In this document: piece by piece, positions 7,625-16,510 of the stretch
Layout: each line of letters opens with the position of its first letter
How positions within the stretch are numbered: position 1 is the stretch's first letter
NCBI GenBank assembly: GCA_035283185.1
Contig: DATEUJ010000022.1
Coordinates: 278-64,277 of the forward strand
Length of the DNA: 64,000 bases
Source of the DNA: Anaerolineae bacterium
GTDB lineage: Bacteria > Chloroflexota > Anaerolineae > Fen-1058
Direction of reading: 5' to 3'
Made by a program: the position numbers and the translations under genes
Notes under the pieces: model-generated
What the model saw: only the letters and a program-made list of their open reading frames with translations
What the model was told of the DNA's origin: nothing
Databases searched by the model: none

Positions 7625-10600
7625 ATGGGGCACGGCCTCAATTACTACTTTGCCCACTCCCAGCGTCACTAATACATCGCGTATCGTCTGGAATTGCTGG
7701 CCGTCGACTTCCAGGCCATCTTCGAACTCGGCCCCGACCCGCATCGTCACGCGCAGCTCGTCGGCTTCCTGGCCGAAGGACTCGGCCACGCTCTTCAAGC
7801 GCTTGTAGCGATCCCAGCCGCCCTTGAACTCCTGCCGGAACGATTCAGCGTTCGCTCCGCTGCCAAATGCAGCAATAACCTCCAGCTCAACGCCGTAGCG
7901 ACCCTTGCCGAATTGCGGAACCGCCAGCCCGATCGCGCGCAGCTCGCCGGCGGCCTGCTTGCCGGCGCCTTCGATCCGTATAAACACCTGGCGCAGCCGG
8001 GCGATGCCATACTCCTGACACTCGTCGACGATTTTCTGGAAGGCCTGCGCGACTGCGCCCTGACCTTGCAGCTTGGCCGGTATGGTACGCCTGCCAGGGA
8101 CCTCGACGCCGCAAATACATTGATCTTCAGGCCGGCCGCATACCGGGCAGGTCGCCAGGCTGGTCGCAGTCTTGCCGCCCTCGACAGGCGGCTGCCACTT
8201 GCCCTTGATGCGAATTTGCAGGCGGGCCGCTTCCTCCGGCACGTACAGGATCGCGTCTTCGCCGATGCGCCAGTGTTGCGGTGGGGTATCTTTGTCGTAG
8301 CCGAACTGCTCGCCGGCATCATAATACACCCAAACGCCCGTCTGCACACCGTTCTGGATCGTCTTGCGCAACTGCCCGATGTCCAGCAGGATACGCAGGC
8401 CGATCTTGCGGGCGAACGCCTTGCGCAGATCGTCCGTCGTCATGGACTGCTGGTTCTGATCCCACGCCTTCGACTTGACGTACGCGGCCGACAGCAGGTC
8501 ATCGTCGGCTGTCAACACCTTCTTCAGCGCCCGCAACACACGCAACACGACGTTGGTCTGATCTTTCTCGACGTCGCCCTGATCCTGCGCCGGCAGCGTC
8601 TCGCGCCGGAGATACGCCTGCGACTTAGGCGCATCCGAGGTCGGGTAGTACAGGTAGCGATAAGCCTTGGTGATCGCCACGCGGACGTCCAGCTCAGCCG
8701 ACTCTTGCATCTTCTTCAGGGCCTTCTTCTGCTCGTCGTTGAACTCGGCCAATCGGCTGGCGTCGCCGACGATGCGCCCGATCGCCAGGTAGCGCCGGGC
8801 GACGTTCACCATGTTGTCGACCTGATCGCCGTCGGCGACGAGGAACAGCACGTTGTTCTGATACGTCCGGAAGGACTCCATCGCGCCGGTGTACTCGTAG
8901 ATGCGTCGCACGAGATCGGGCGGAGCCGCTTCTGCCGCGCCAACCTTGACCGCTTCGAAGTGCATGATCGCCAGCTTGGGCAGGTCGGCATCGTCGTCCA
9001 CATCGTCCGGCTCGACCGGGAAGTATACCGGCCTGAAGTAGCCCTTCTTCCAGATTTGCTTGATGCGATCCTCGATCTCGGCTTTCGCCTTGCTCAACCC
9101 GACGTGGCCTGTCTCGTCGGCGATGATCTTGTTGAGCGACGGCTCCGTCTTGAAGCGATAGCGATGCCCGTCGTACTCCAGGAACCACGCCTGGTCGTAC
9201 AGCCGCTCGAGCGCGCGCGACACCACGGCGGGATCGTCGCCACCGCCCGACTCGTCGGGTTCGAGCACCGCCAGCATCAGGTCGGCCGGATCGACACCGC
9301 TGGCGATGCCCTGCGTCAGGCTGTGCAAGAACATCGTCGTCGCCAGTCGCCGAGCATATGGAGGCTTGCCGGAAGCGACCAGCGGCTGATCGACCTCCTG
9401 CGCGTGAGCCAACGTCCCGCGCTTTGGACTGACGATGTCGGCTTCGACGACCTGCTTGAACAGGGGACGATCCAGCCGGCTGGTCAAATCCTCCGCGATT
9501 TGCGACTGCGCGAGATCCAGGTGATGTGGATGGATCAGCCACGCCCCATCTGGCTTGCTCTGCCACAGTGCCCGGATCGTCCAGGCCAGCAGGCGCAGCG
9601 CCCCTCGCGTGCGGTTGAAGTTGGGAATCGTCGAGGTCTTGCGATCGAGCACCGTCAGCAGCTCGGGATGGAACGGATAGGCGGTCTGCATCTCGCGTGC
9701 GTACTCGGCGCGGGCAGCGCGCTGCGGCAGATCGGCGCTCTTTTCGAGAAGGCCGCGGTAGTATTGCGCGTACGCGTCGAGCACCGGCTGGGCGGCCTTC
9801 CGGTCGATCGATTTGAACAAGCGGTGCGTCACGATCGCCGGAATCTCGCCCTCGTCGGTTGGCGTCAGCACGCGCTCCTGCCGCGCCGATACCTTCAGCG
9901 CCTCTGCAAGGCTTTGGCGAAGCGAATCTGTCTCTTTGGCAAAGGCATCCGCCTGGCCGGCCAGCGTCAGCACGACCAGGCAGCGTTCTTTGCTGGCCGC
10001 GAATTCCATCAGCGACATGAGGAACGCAACCGTCTGGTCGGCCAGCGTCGATTTCTTGGTCGCCGTCGGGACGGCCAACCCCGCGCGTAAGTGGCGCGCA
10101 ACCTCGTCGAGCATGATCAGCGCCGGCTTGTCACCGACCAACGCCTCGAACAGGCCCGTACCCGGCGCCGACCTGTTTTCTTCGCTCTCCTTGGCCAGCG
10201 CGTAACCGGCACGCCCGCCAAGCTGATAGGCGATCTCGCCCCACAGCGTGTAGGTCTTGACCTTGTCTTCCGGATGATCGATGCCGACAGACTGATCCAG
10301 ATCCGATCCCACGACGCCGGCAATCACAATGTCGCCAGGCTGTGGCAGTTTGGTCTGCTTTCCAAGGATGTTCGACAGCGCCTTTGCCGGCGTGTTGCCG
10401 CTTACAACGTGATACAGAGCAATCAGGTTGTGAGTCTTGCCGCCGCCGAATGCGGTCTCCAAACGAATGACCGCGTTCTTGCCCGCCGCCTTTCCGATCA
10501 AGCGGCCGAGCGCGTCATTCAGCAGAGTCTTCAGTCCGGCGGTGGGATACGTGTTCTCAAAGAAGGTGACCGGATCGCCGTAGACGGGATCGGCCTTGTC

Positions 10601-10699
10601 GTCGAGCACGTCCTTCAAGCGCGCCGCGAAGATATCTTCGCGCAGTTCGCCCTTGAGGACTTCGTCGCGGGGGATACAGAGGTCGAATACGGATTGCAT
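7616..10699 (-). CDS. DUF499-like (COG1483-type) large ATPase
   Basis: MQSVFDLCIPRDEVLKGELRE... with P-loop-like ETAFGGGKTHNLIALYH. C-terminal Zn-ribbon-like CPVCGRPEDQCICG. The ORF-track start at 10816 runs through a REP element, so ATG at 10699 is preferred. Confidence 0.8.
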   Translation of the reverse strand: MQSVFDLCIPRDEVLKGELREDIFAARLKDVLDDKADPVYGDPVTFFENTYPTAGLKTLLNDALGRLIGKAAGKNAVIRLETAFGGGKTHNLIALYHVVSGNTPAKALSNILGKQTKLPQPGDIVIAGVVGSDLDQSVGIDHPEDKVKTYTLWGEIAYQLGGRAGYALAKESEENRSAPGTGLFEALVGDKPALIMLDEVARHLRAGLAVPTATKKSTLADQTVAFLMSLMEFAASKERCLVVLTLAGQADAFAKETDSLRQSLAEALKVSARQERVLTPTDEGEIPAIVTHRLFKSIDRKAAQPVLDAYAQYYRGLLEKSADLPQRAARAEYAREMQTAYPFHPELLTVLDRKTSTIPNFNRTRGALRLLAWTIRALWQSKPDGAWLIHPHHLDLAQSQIAEDLTSRLDRPLFKQVVEADIVSPKRGTLAHAQEVDQPLVASGKPPYARRLATTMFLHSLTQGIASGVDPADLMLAVLEPDESGGGDDPAVVSRALERLYDQAWFLEYDGHRYRFKTEPSLNKIIADETGHVGLSKAKAEIEDRIKQIWKKGYFRPVYFPVEPDDVDDDADLPKLAIMHFEAVKVGAAEAAPPDLVRRIYEYTGAMESFRTYQNNVLFLVADGDQVDNMVNVARRYLAIGRIVGDASRLAEFNDEQKKALKKMQESAELDVRVAITKAYRYLYYPTSDAPKSQAYLRRETLPAQDQGDVEKDQTNVVLRVLRALKKVLTADDDLLSAAYVKSKAWDQNQQSMTTDDLRKAFARKIGLRILLDIGQLRKTIQNGVQTGVWVYYDAGEQFGYDKDTPPQHWRIGEDAILYVPEEAARLQIRIKGKWQPPVEGGKTATSLATCPVCGRPEDQCICGVEVPGRRTIPAKLQGQGAVAQAFQKIVDECQEYGIARLRQVFIRIEGAGKQAAGELRAIGLAVPQFGKGRYGVELEVIAAFGSGANAESFRQEFKGGWDRYKRLKSVAESFGQEADELRVTMRVGAEFEDGLEVDGQQFQTIRDVLVTLGVGKVVIEAVPHVA

Positions 10700-10767
10700 A
10701 AAGGCCGTGCCACCTGATCGAGTCGCGGCGAGTAATGCTAGTAGTCGACCAAGAGGAAAATGATGGG

Positions 10768-10830
10768 TAGCCCAGCCCCTCGTGGGCGTCATGAACGGGC
10801 ACAAGAACGGGCACAAGGCCCTATACTACA
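10768..10830. repeat. REP family 1 doublet upstream of the DUF499 gene
   Basis: gtagcccagcccctcgtgggcg tcatgaacgggcacaagaa cgggcacaaggccctatactac. Confidence 0.75.
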
Positions 10831-10935
10831 CCCATCAAAACCAGTTTGGCGGACTACTGGTGTTAAGTTTAGCACAACTTATGCGCACTGCGCCAATTCA
10901 GGCAAGCCGCCAATACGAAGTCCGCAGGACTGACC

Positions 10936-11006
10936 CTCTCACCTGACACCTGCGAGATCCTGGCGGCGAAACCTCAAGGCGACAATGTGAACGCTCGCCG
11001 GGGACG
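10936..11006. repeat. Conserved non-coding element, copy A (partner at 16441-16510)
   Basis: ctctcacctgacacctgcgagatcctggcggcgaaacctcaaggcgacaatg aligns by eye with the 16441 copy at about 46 of 53 positions with one 1-nt indel. A weaker match (gtcgt.ccct) follows. Confidence 0.6.
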
Positions 11007-11026
11007 CGTCGTTCCCTACCCCCTGA

Positions 11027-11296
11027 TCATCGCCGCGACTTCGGGCAGCGCTCACGCACGCCCTCCCACCGTCCATTCGCCCAGGCAATGCGCGCGTCGA
11101 TGCGCCGCACCCACCACAAATGCAGGGTGCTGATGTCGCCTTTGCGCACAGACTTCTCGGCGATTTCGGGATTCAGGCGGATCAACGCCGCGCGCAAGTG
11201 CGGCTCGACCAGCGTGTCGCTCTCGGCGCGCGGGAGTTGCTCCCTGGGGATGTACTGCCAATCAGACGATGACAATGTGCTCGGGAGGCTGCACAT
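11027..11296 (-). pseudogene. Remnant resembling the N-terminal region of a type I restriction R subunit (HsdR_N)
   Basis: SDWQYIPREQLPRAESDTLVEPHLRAALIRLNPEIAE resembles the conserved HsdR N-terminal ...LNP... region. Only about 35 aa are similar and no helicase domains follow. Confidence 0.35.
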
Positions 11297-11801
11297 CGGG
11301 CAAGGGCGCGTCGCGATAAGGGGCAGGCAGATCGTCCCTCATCGTCTGCCACCGCTCACGAATCGCGCCTTGCTGAGTGGCCCAGTGCCGGATCAAGGGC
11401 TGGTCGAAGGTCGCGATGTAATCCATGCCCAGGATCGTGCCGCTTTCGTTTGTCCCGAATGTGCCGAGCGCCAAAACGGCCGCATCTTCGGGCGTGAAGC
11501 CAAAGTCGCGCAGGCGGCGCGACCAGCGTGTGAAGTACCGGGCAGGCAGTGCGACCTGCATGCGGTCGCGAAGCAGGCGGATGATGCCGCCGTAGCGCGG
11601 CAACACTTCCAGCCGGCTCAGCGTGTGCACAGTAGGCGGCACGATGAATAGCTCGATGGAATGCGAACCGGCACGATAGAACAAATCGAGGGCAAACAAC
11701 TCGTCGTCGCCGAGATCGCGCCCTTCGGCCAGTTTGAGCAGGCCTTCGAGGATGCGACGTGCGGTGACTTTATCGAGCAGACAGCGTGTCCGATCGGACA
11801 T
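11262..11801 (-). CDS. Hypothetical protein, possible degenerate PIN-like toxin
   Basis: 179 aa. Its start overlaps the stop of the upstream 119-aa ORF by 32 nt. Acidic residues lie in CLLDK, FTPEDAAVLALG and IATFDQ. Weak assignment. Confidence 0.5.
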   Translation of the reverse strand: MSDRTRCLLDKVTARRILEGLLKLAEGRDLGDDELFALDLFYRAGSHSIELFIVPPTVHTLSRLEVLPRYGGIIRLLRDRMQVALPARYFTRWSRRLRDFGFTPEDAAVLALGTFGTNESGTILGMDYIATFDQPLIRHWATQQGAIRERWQTMRDDLPAPYRDAPLPDVQPPEHIVIV

Positions 11802-12129
11802 CGCGTTCCTCGGCTTCGATCCAGGTTGCGTCGATCGGCGTTTCCCAGAGTCGGGCGCGCTCCTCGTCTGGCAGGGCGAGGTACTGGTCGAGCGTCAAAT
11901 CACCGAGGAACGGATCGGTCGAGGAGAGAGCCTGTCCGGCGAGGGCCTGTTGCACGTCGGCGCGGACACTGGCGGCGCTGGTGCGCGCCTCGTCCAGGGT
12001 GCGCGGTGCGAATTGGCGCAGTTCGGGCACCAAGTCGAGCAAGCGCTTTCGTTCAGCGGGCGGCATTTGCCGGATCGCCGCCGCGATCTGCTCAACGCTG
12101 ACGGGTAACGAGACAACCGATTGGCTCAT
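11770..12129 (-). CDS. Hypothetical protein, possible antitoxin partner
   Basis: 119 aa, MSQSVVSLPVSVEQIAAAIRQMPPAERKRLLDLVPELRQ... Overlaps the downstream ORF. Confidence 0.5.
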   Translation of the reverse strand: MSQSVVSLPVSVEQIAAAIRQMPPAERKRLLDLVPELRQFAPRTLDEARTSAASVRADVQQALAGQALSSTDPFLGDLTLDQYLALPDEERARLWETPIDATWIEAEERDVRSDTLSAR

Positions 12130-12374
12130 GTCGGCCTCCTGCGCGGGTAACCTGCGTCACGCCTCACTTGTATGACGACATTTGGACACCTCGCGTTACG
12201 ACCTGCCTATATTGTACTATAGTCTGGCGATCACTACCGCAGCTTGGCGGCGCTGTCGATAGGCATACAGTCATTCCGCCTTCAAACAAGTGATTTGAAA
12301 GCGCAAGGCGCGACGCCACCGGAAAGCTGGCAAGATGCGGCAAATGGCGTACAATTGTCTTGAGGAGATAGAGA

Positions 12375-13481
12375 ATGCATCGACGGGAATTTTGCCGAAG
12401 GGTGGCCATGGCCGGCGGGAGCTTGATGCTTGCGCCGCTGATCGAGGCCTGCGCCCGGTCAGAGGTGACACTCACCCGATCAGAGCCTACGGCGACTGCA
12501 ACGCCTGTCTCGCCCGCGACGCCGCACCCAACCACTGCCCCGACTCCAACGGTGATGCCGCAGCCAACAGAGGAGGCGACCATGGCAAACATTGCCCTGG
12601 TCAAGACTGAGGATCGCGCCGATGGCGTGCGCCAGGCGATCGAATTGCTTGGTCTCAACCCGGCGCGCGGCAAGCGCGTGCTGCTCAAGCCGAATCTTAA
12701 CAGCGCCGACGAAGCACCTGGCTCGACACACTCTGATATTCTGCGCGCACTCGTCGTCAAGCTGAGCGATATGGGTGCGCGGGCCGTCAGCGTGGCCGAC
12801 CGAAGTGGCATGGGCGACACGCGCACGGTGATGCAGCGAAAGGGCGTACTCGAGCTGGCGGACGAGTTAGGGTTCACCGCTGTGGTGCTCGACGAGCTGG
12901 AAGAGAGGGACTGGGTCATACGCCAGTCGAAAGACACGCATTGGCCGCGCGGCTACGCCGTGCCCAGGCTGCTGCTCGACGCCGAGTGTGTGGTGCAGAC
13001 CTGCAACCTGAAGACGCATCGCTTCGGCGGACACTTTACGCTGTCGCTCAAGAACTCGGTCGGCTTCGCGGCCAAAACGGTGAACGGCAGCGGCTACGAC
13101 TACATGCACGAGCTGCACAGCTCGCCCTATCAACGACAGATGATTGCCGAGATCAACACAGCCTACACGCCAGCGCTGATCGTGATGGACGGCGTGGAGG
13201 CCTTTGTGGACGGCGGGCCGGACCGGGGCAAGAAGGTGAAATCCGAAGTCGTGCTGGCGGGCACGGATCGCATTGCCATGGACGCCGTCGGCGTGGCCAT
13301 CCTTCGCCTGTTCGGCACGACGCGCGAGGTCAGCCTGGGCGGGGTATTTGAGCAGGCGCAGATCGCACGGGCGGTGGAGTTGGGCCTGGGCGTGGATTCG
13401 CCGGCGCGGATCGCCATCGCCACAGGCGACGCGGAGAGTGAAGTCTACGCGCAGCAAATCAGGGAAGTGTTGATGCGATGA
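12375..13481 (+). CDS. DUF362 domain protein with twin-arginine-like signal and Pro/Thr-rich linker
   Basis: MHRREFCRRVAMAGGSLMLAP..., then IALVKTEDRADGVRQAIELLG...VLLKPNLNSADEAPGSTHSD...TCNLKTHRFGG. Confidence 0.75.
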   Translation: MHRREFCRRVAMAGGSLMLAPLIEACARSEVTLTRSEPTATATPVSPATPHPTTAPTPTVMPQPTEEATMANIALVKTEDRADGVRQAIELLGLNPARGKRVLLKPNLNSADEAPGSTHSDILRALVVKLSDMGARAVSVADRSGMGDTRTVMQRKGVLELADELGFTAVVLDELEERDWVIRQSKDTHWPRGYAVPRLLLDAECVVQTCNLKTHRFGGHFTLSLKNSVGFAAKTVNGSGYDYMHELHSSPYQRQMIAEINTAYTPALIVMDGVEAFVDGGPDRGKKVKSEVVLAGTDRIAMDAVGVAILRLFGTTREVSLGGVFEQAQIARAVELGLGVDSPARIAIATGDAESEVYAQQIREVLMR

Positions 13482-13563
13482 TGATATTGACGAATACACA
13501 TAAAATAGCTATGGTATACACATCGTTCCGAACGGCGTTTTTCCTTTGCGACAGGAGGCGGGC

Positions 13564-13770
13564 ATGCGCACGAACATCGTGATCGACGGCAAGTTGATAG
13601 AGCAGGCGATGAAGGCGACCGGCTTGAAGACCAAACGCGCCGTCGTCGAAGCCGGCCTGAAACTACTCATTCAGGTGAAAGCCCAGACCGGCATACGAAA
13701 TCTACGCGGCAAGGTCAAATGGGAAGGCAGTCTCGATGAAATGCGCGCCAGTCGCGTTGGGGAGAACTGA
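13564..13770 (+). CDS. vapB: VapB-type antitoxin
   Basis: MRTNIVIDGKLIEQAMKATGLKTKRAVVEAGLKLLIQ. AGGAGG lies 7 nt upstream of ATG 13564. Directly precedes a PIN gene. Confidence 0.8.
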   Translation: MRTNIVIDGKLIEQAMKATGLKTKRAVVEAGLKLLIQVKAQTGIRNLRGKVKWEGSLDEMRASRVGEN

Positions 13771-13772
13771 AC

Positions 13773-14168
13773 TTGGTCATCGTCGATACGACCGTTTGGA
13801 TCGACTACCTGAATGGAATTTCGACGTCGCAGGCCGACTGGTTGGACACGGAGCTGGCGCGCCAACGCCTGGGGCTGACGGACCTGATCCTGTGCGAAGT
13901 CCTGCAAGGTGTGCGTGATGAGCGGCAGGCCACGCAGACCCGTCACGAGTTGTTGAAGTTTGAGGTGTTCGAGACGGGCGGCGTTCAGTTGGCGATCACC
14001 GCTGCGCAGAACTACCGCAGGCTGCGCGCGCGAGGGCGCATCGTGCGCAAGACGGTGGATTGCCTGATCGCCACATTCTGCTTGGTGAACGATCATGCTC
14101 TACTGCACAATGACCGGGATTATGACCCCTTTGAAGAATTTCTGAGCCTGCGCGTCATTCACCCCTGA
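13773..14168 (+). CDS. vapC: PIN-domain toxin VapC
   Basis: (TTG start) VIVDTTVWIDYLNG...DLILCEVLQG...VDCLIATFCLVNDHALLHNDRDYD. Confidence 0.85.
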   Translation: MVIVDTTVWIDYLNGISTSQADWLDTELARQRLGLTDLILCEVLQGVRDERQATQTRHELLKFEVFETGGVQLAITAAQNYRRLRARGRIVRKTVDCLIATFCLVNDHALLHNDRDYDPFEEFLSLRVIHP

Positions 14169-14246
14169 CCGTACCTATTGCTATTCGCCTATCCGTGTCG
14201 CGTGAAGACGTGACAGGCGGAAGCAATCCACAGAAAGGAGACCATC

Positions 14247-14936
14247 ATGCCTGGCTGGATCTCCACTGGAACGTGCGCGCTGTGCCGCGAAGACTTCGGC
14301 AAGGCCGCCATGACCCGTCACTTGGTCAAGTGTCGGGCCGAGCATACCCCCGGCAAAGGCAAGTTCCGCAAAACCTTTCACTTGAAGGTGGAAGGGCGCT
14401 ACCTGCCCGAATACTGGCTGCACATCGAAATCCCCGCCGAGGCGACGCTCAGAACGCTCGACGCCTTCCTGCGCGACATCTGGCTGGAATGCTGCGGCCA
14501 CCTCAGCGCGTTCACCATCGAAAATGAACAGTACGAACTGAACACCGGCGGCGTGGATGCCATGTGGCCCATGATTTTCGGCCGAGGGGCGCCGCCGAAG
14601 AGCATGAACATCCGGTTAGACGCAGTGCTGCGCCCCGGCCTGAAGTTCTTTCACGAGTACGATTTCGGCACGACGACGCACCTGGCCTTGCGTGTGATGG
14701 CCGAGCAGGAGGGCGTCATTTCCCGAAACGCCGTCAGGATATTGGCCCGCAATCATCCCCTGCCGATCCCGTGCGAGAAATGCGGCGCGCCGGCCACCGA
14801 AGTTTGCGCACAGTGCATTTACAATGGGCGAGGCTGGGTGTGCGCGCGCCACGCTCGCACGCACAAATGCGGCGAGGACATGCTGCTGCCCGTCGTCAAT
14901 TCGCCGCGCGTGGGCATGTGTGGGTACACGGGCTAG
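14247..14936 (+). CDS. Hypothetical Cys-rich protein, possibly pRiA4b ORF-3-like fold with zinc-finger tails
   Basis: FHLKVEGRYLPEYWLHIEIPAEATLRTLDAFLRDIWLECCGHLSAFTI. C-terminal CEKCGAPATEVCAQC...CARHARTHKC. Confidence 0.5.
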   Translation: MPGWISTGTCALCREDFGKAAMTRHLVKCRAEHTPGKGKFRKTFHLKVEGRYLPEYWLHIEIPAEATLRTLDAFLRDIWLECCGHLSAFTIENEQYELNTGGVDAMWPMIFGRGAPPKSMNIRLDAVLRPGLKFFHEYDFGTTTHLALRVMAEQEGVISRNAVRILARNHPLPIPCEKCGAPATEVCAQCIYNGRGWVCARHARTHKCGEDMLLPVVNSPRVGMCGYTG

Positions 14937-14940
14937 CCAG

Positions 14941-15480
14941 TCAAACGCTCACCGCTTTCGCTTCTTCTTCGACTTGCGCTTCTTTATGCGCCGGGGCGGA
15001 TCGCTTCGGCGAAGGCTCAATGCCGAGGTTGCTGAATTCGACGAGCGGCACTGGATTGTCGTCCTCGCCCAGCGGCCGGCTGCGCTTATCGGGTGGGACG
15101 GCATTCAGATCGACGATGCCGAGCACGACAAACTCCGTGCCGACGTCCCAGCGCAGCGCGCCAACACCCAACGTCTCGCTCACGTCCTCCGGGTTGATGA
15201 CAATGGTCGGGCAGGATGGACATAGCCAGCCGAAGTCGGTGCCGGTGATGAACGAGTCGGCCAGGTGCTTGCCGCGCCGCGTGGCGATGAGATACGTCTG
15301 GTAGCTCTGTCGTAGTGTAGAGCCGCATCGCGGGCACGGACCGGGGTCGCCCTTGAAGGATTTATAGATGCACTCGCGTGGTCGCATGATGTCGATCTTC
15401 GAGGGTGAGGGCGCACGAGTCTCTCCAGGCTCTGATTCAGGCCGGGCGGTCGAGCGTCGCCACGGCAGCTTTAACTTCAT
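14941..15480 (-). CDS. Hypothetical protein with Zn-ribbon (CPRCG...CPSC)
   Basis: ATG at 15480 (MKLKLPWRR...) is preferred because the ORF-track start at 15615 would overlap the VapC gene. Confidence 0.5.
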   Translation of the reverse strand: MKLKLPWRRSTARPESEPGETRAPSPSKIDIMRPRECIYKSFKGDPGPCPRCGSTLRQSYQTYLIATRRGKHLADSFITGTDFGWLCPSCPTIVINPEDVSETLGVGALRWDVGTEFVVLGIVDLNAVPPDKRSRPLGEDDNPVPLVEFSNLGIEPSPKRSAPAHKEAQVEEEAKAVSV

Positions 15481-15506
15481 GATGTTGGACTTTTTCAGGC
15501 ATGGGT

Positions 15507-15944
15507 CTACACCAGCGTGTCGGGCCACGCCTCTAACCCGACACGCTGCGCGGCATCCCACAACGGGCGGTCGAAGGTCGCCAGGGTCACAGGCTCGCCG
15601 ACAATTTGCCGCCATTGGAGCCCACAGGCCAGATGCACAGCATCATAACCACGCAAGCCGTGCTCCCACGCCAGTGCATCTGCCTGCGCCACGACGGCTT
15701 CATTGACCTCCACATGCAGCAGGTCGGGCCATTGGCGGCGAAACACCTCAAGTGCAGCACCAGCTTCCTCGCGAGTTAGTGCTTTAAGGCGAACCGCCTT
15801 ACTGAAGGCGGCGGCCACCTCGGCTCGGGCGATCAACGCCGTTCCAAGGGCATCCGCCCGGCTGGCGAGAACTGTCGTTTCATCGGAGCCGCTTTCTCGG
15901 GTGTACAGCTTTACCAAAGCGCTGGAGTCCAAATACAGGATCAT
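15507..15944 (-). CDS. vapC: PIN-domain toxin VapC
   Basis: MILYLDSSALVKLYTRE...YDAVHLACGL...LATFDRPL. 4-nt overlap with the upstream antitoxin gene. Confidence 0.85.
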   Translation of the reverse strand: MILYLDSSALVKLYTRESGSDETTVLASRADALGTALIARAEVAAAFSKAVRLKALTREEAGAALEVFRRQWPDLLHVEVNEAVVAQADALAWEHGLRGYDAVHLACGLQWRQIVGEPVTLATFDRPLWDAAQRVGLEAWPDTLV

Positions 15945-16216
15945 TCACGATCCTCGATCAGCAGGTCAGCCACCGTGCGCGGACCACGCGTCTTTGCCAC
16001 GGGCTTCTCAGGCTTCAGCTTTGTACCGCTCCATTGTGCCAGGCCGGCTTTGACCATGGCCTGCAGCCGCTCGTCCAAGGAGCTGGATGCGGGGACGATG
16101 CGCCCAACCGTTTTGCCGTGCTCGGTGATGACGATCGTCTGCCCGGCCTTCACCTGCCGGAGGTATTCGCTTAGACGGGTCTTGAGTTCCCGCACACCGA
16201 CACTTAATTCGCTCAC
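15941..16216 (-). CDS. Phd/YefM-family antitoxin
   Basis: (GTG) SELSVGVRELKTRLSEYLRQVKAGQTIVITEHGKTVGRIVP. The start is chosen by homology-style reasoning and is uncertain. Confidence 0.75.
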   Translation of the reverse strand: MSELSVGVRELKTRLSEYLRQVKAGQTIVITEHGKTVGRIVPASSSLDERLQAMVKAGLAQWSGTKLKPEKPVAKTRGPRTVADLLIEDRE

Positions 16217-16440
16217 GCGCTCCTCCTGTCTGCACCGCTGAACATCTCTCGGGTCTGCGACCACATTATACACGATGTGGACACATGCTGCAATCCTTCG
16301 GGCGCCGGCCGCCTCGATGCGACGCCTGCCAGCTACGTTCGAGAGGCTTAGGATGAGAATTCATGAGGTCGCTCTGAAACTCGGAACAACCTCGGAACGG
16401 TTGCGGAAATTCTAGCCCAACCTGGCCCCTATAATTCGGT

Positions 16441-16510
16441 CTCTCACCTTACGCCTGGCGAGAGCCTGGCGGCGAAACCTCAACGCGACAACGGGATGCA
16501 GGTCGTCCCT
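16441..16510. repeat. Conserved non-coding element, copy B (partner at 10936-11006)
   Basis: ctctcaccttacgcctggcgagagcctggcggcgaaacctcaacgcgacaacg. Same orientation as copy A. Confidence 0.6.

Noticed and set aside
7694-10090. 798-aa plus-strand ORF, plus ORFs 8694..9566 and 10091..10717
   Set aside because: They are antisense or alternative frames of the DUF499 ATPase gene. No motifs, with composition typical of shadow frames.
10936-10990. Idea that the conserved element copies A and B are tRNA 3'-end fragments (att sites of tRNA-Val)
   Set aside because: Alignment by eye with the tRNA-Val 3' half gives only scattered short matches (ggcgg, aacctc, gcga) that need several gaps. No T-arm stem can be drawn. 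The tRNA-fragment origin is rejected; the att-like reading remains in the finding.
12164-12937. 257-aa minus-strand ORF upstream of and over the DUF362 gene
   Set aside because: It is Ser/Ala-rich low complexity and antisense to the well-supported DUF362 gene with its Tat-like signal.
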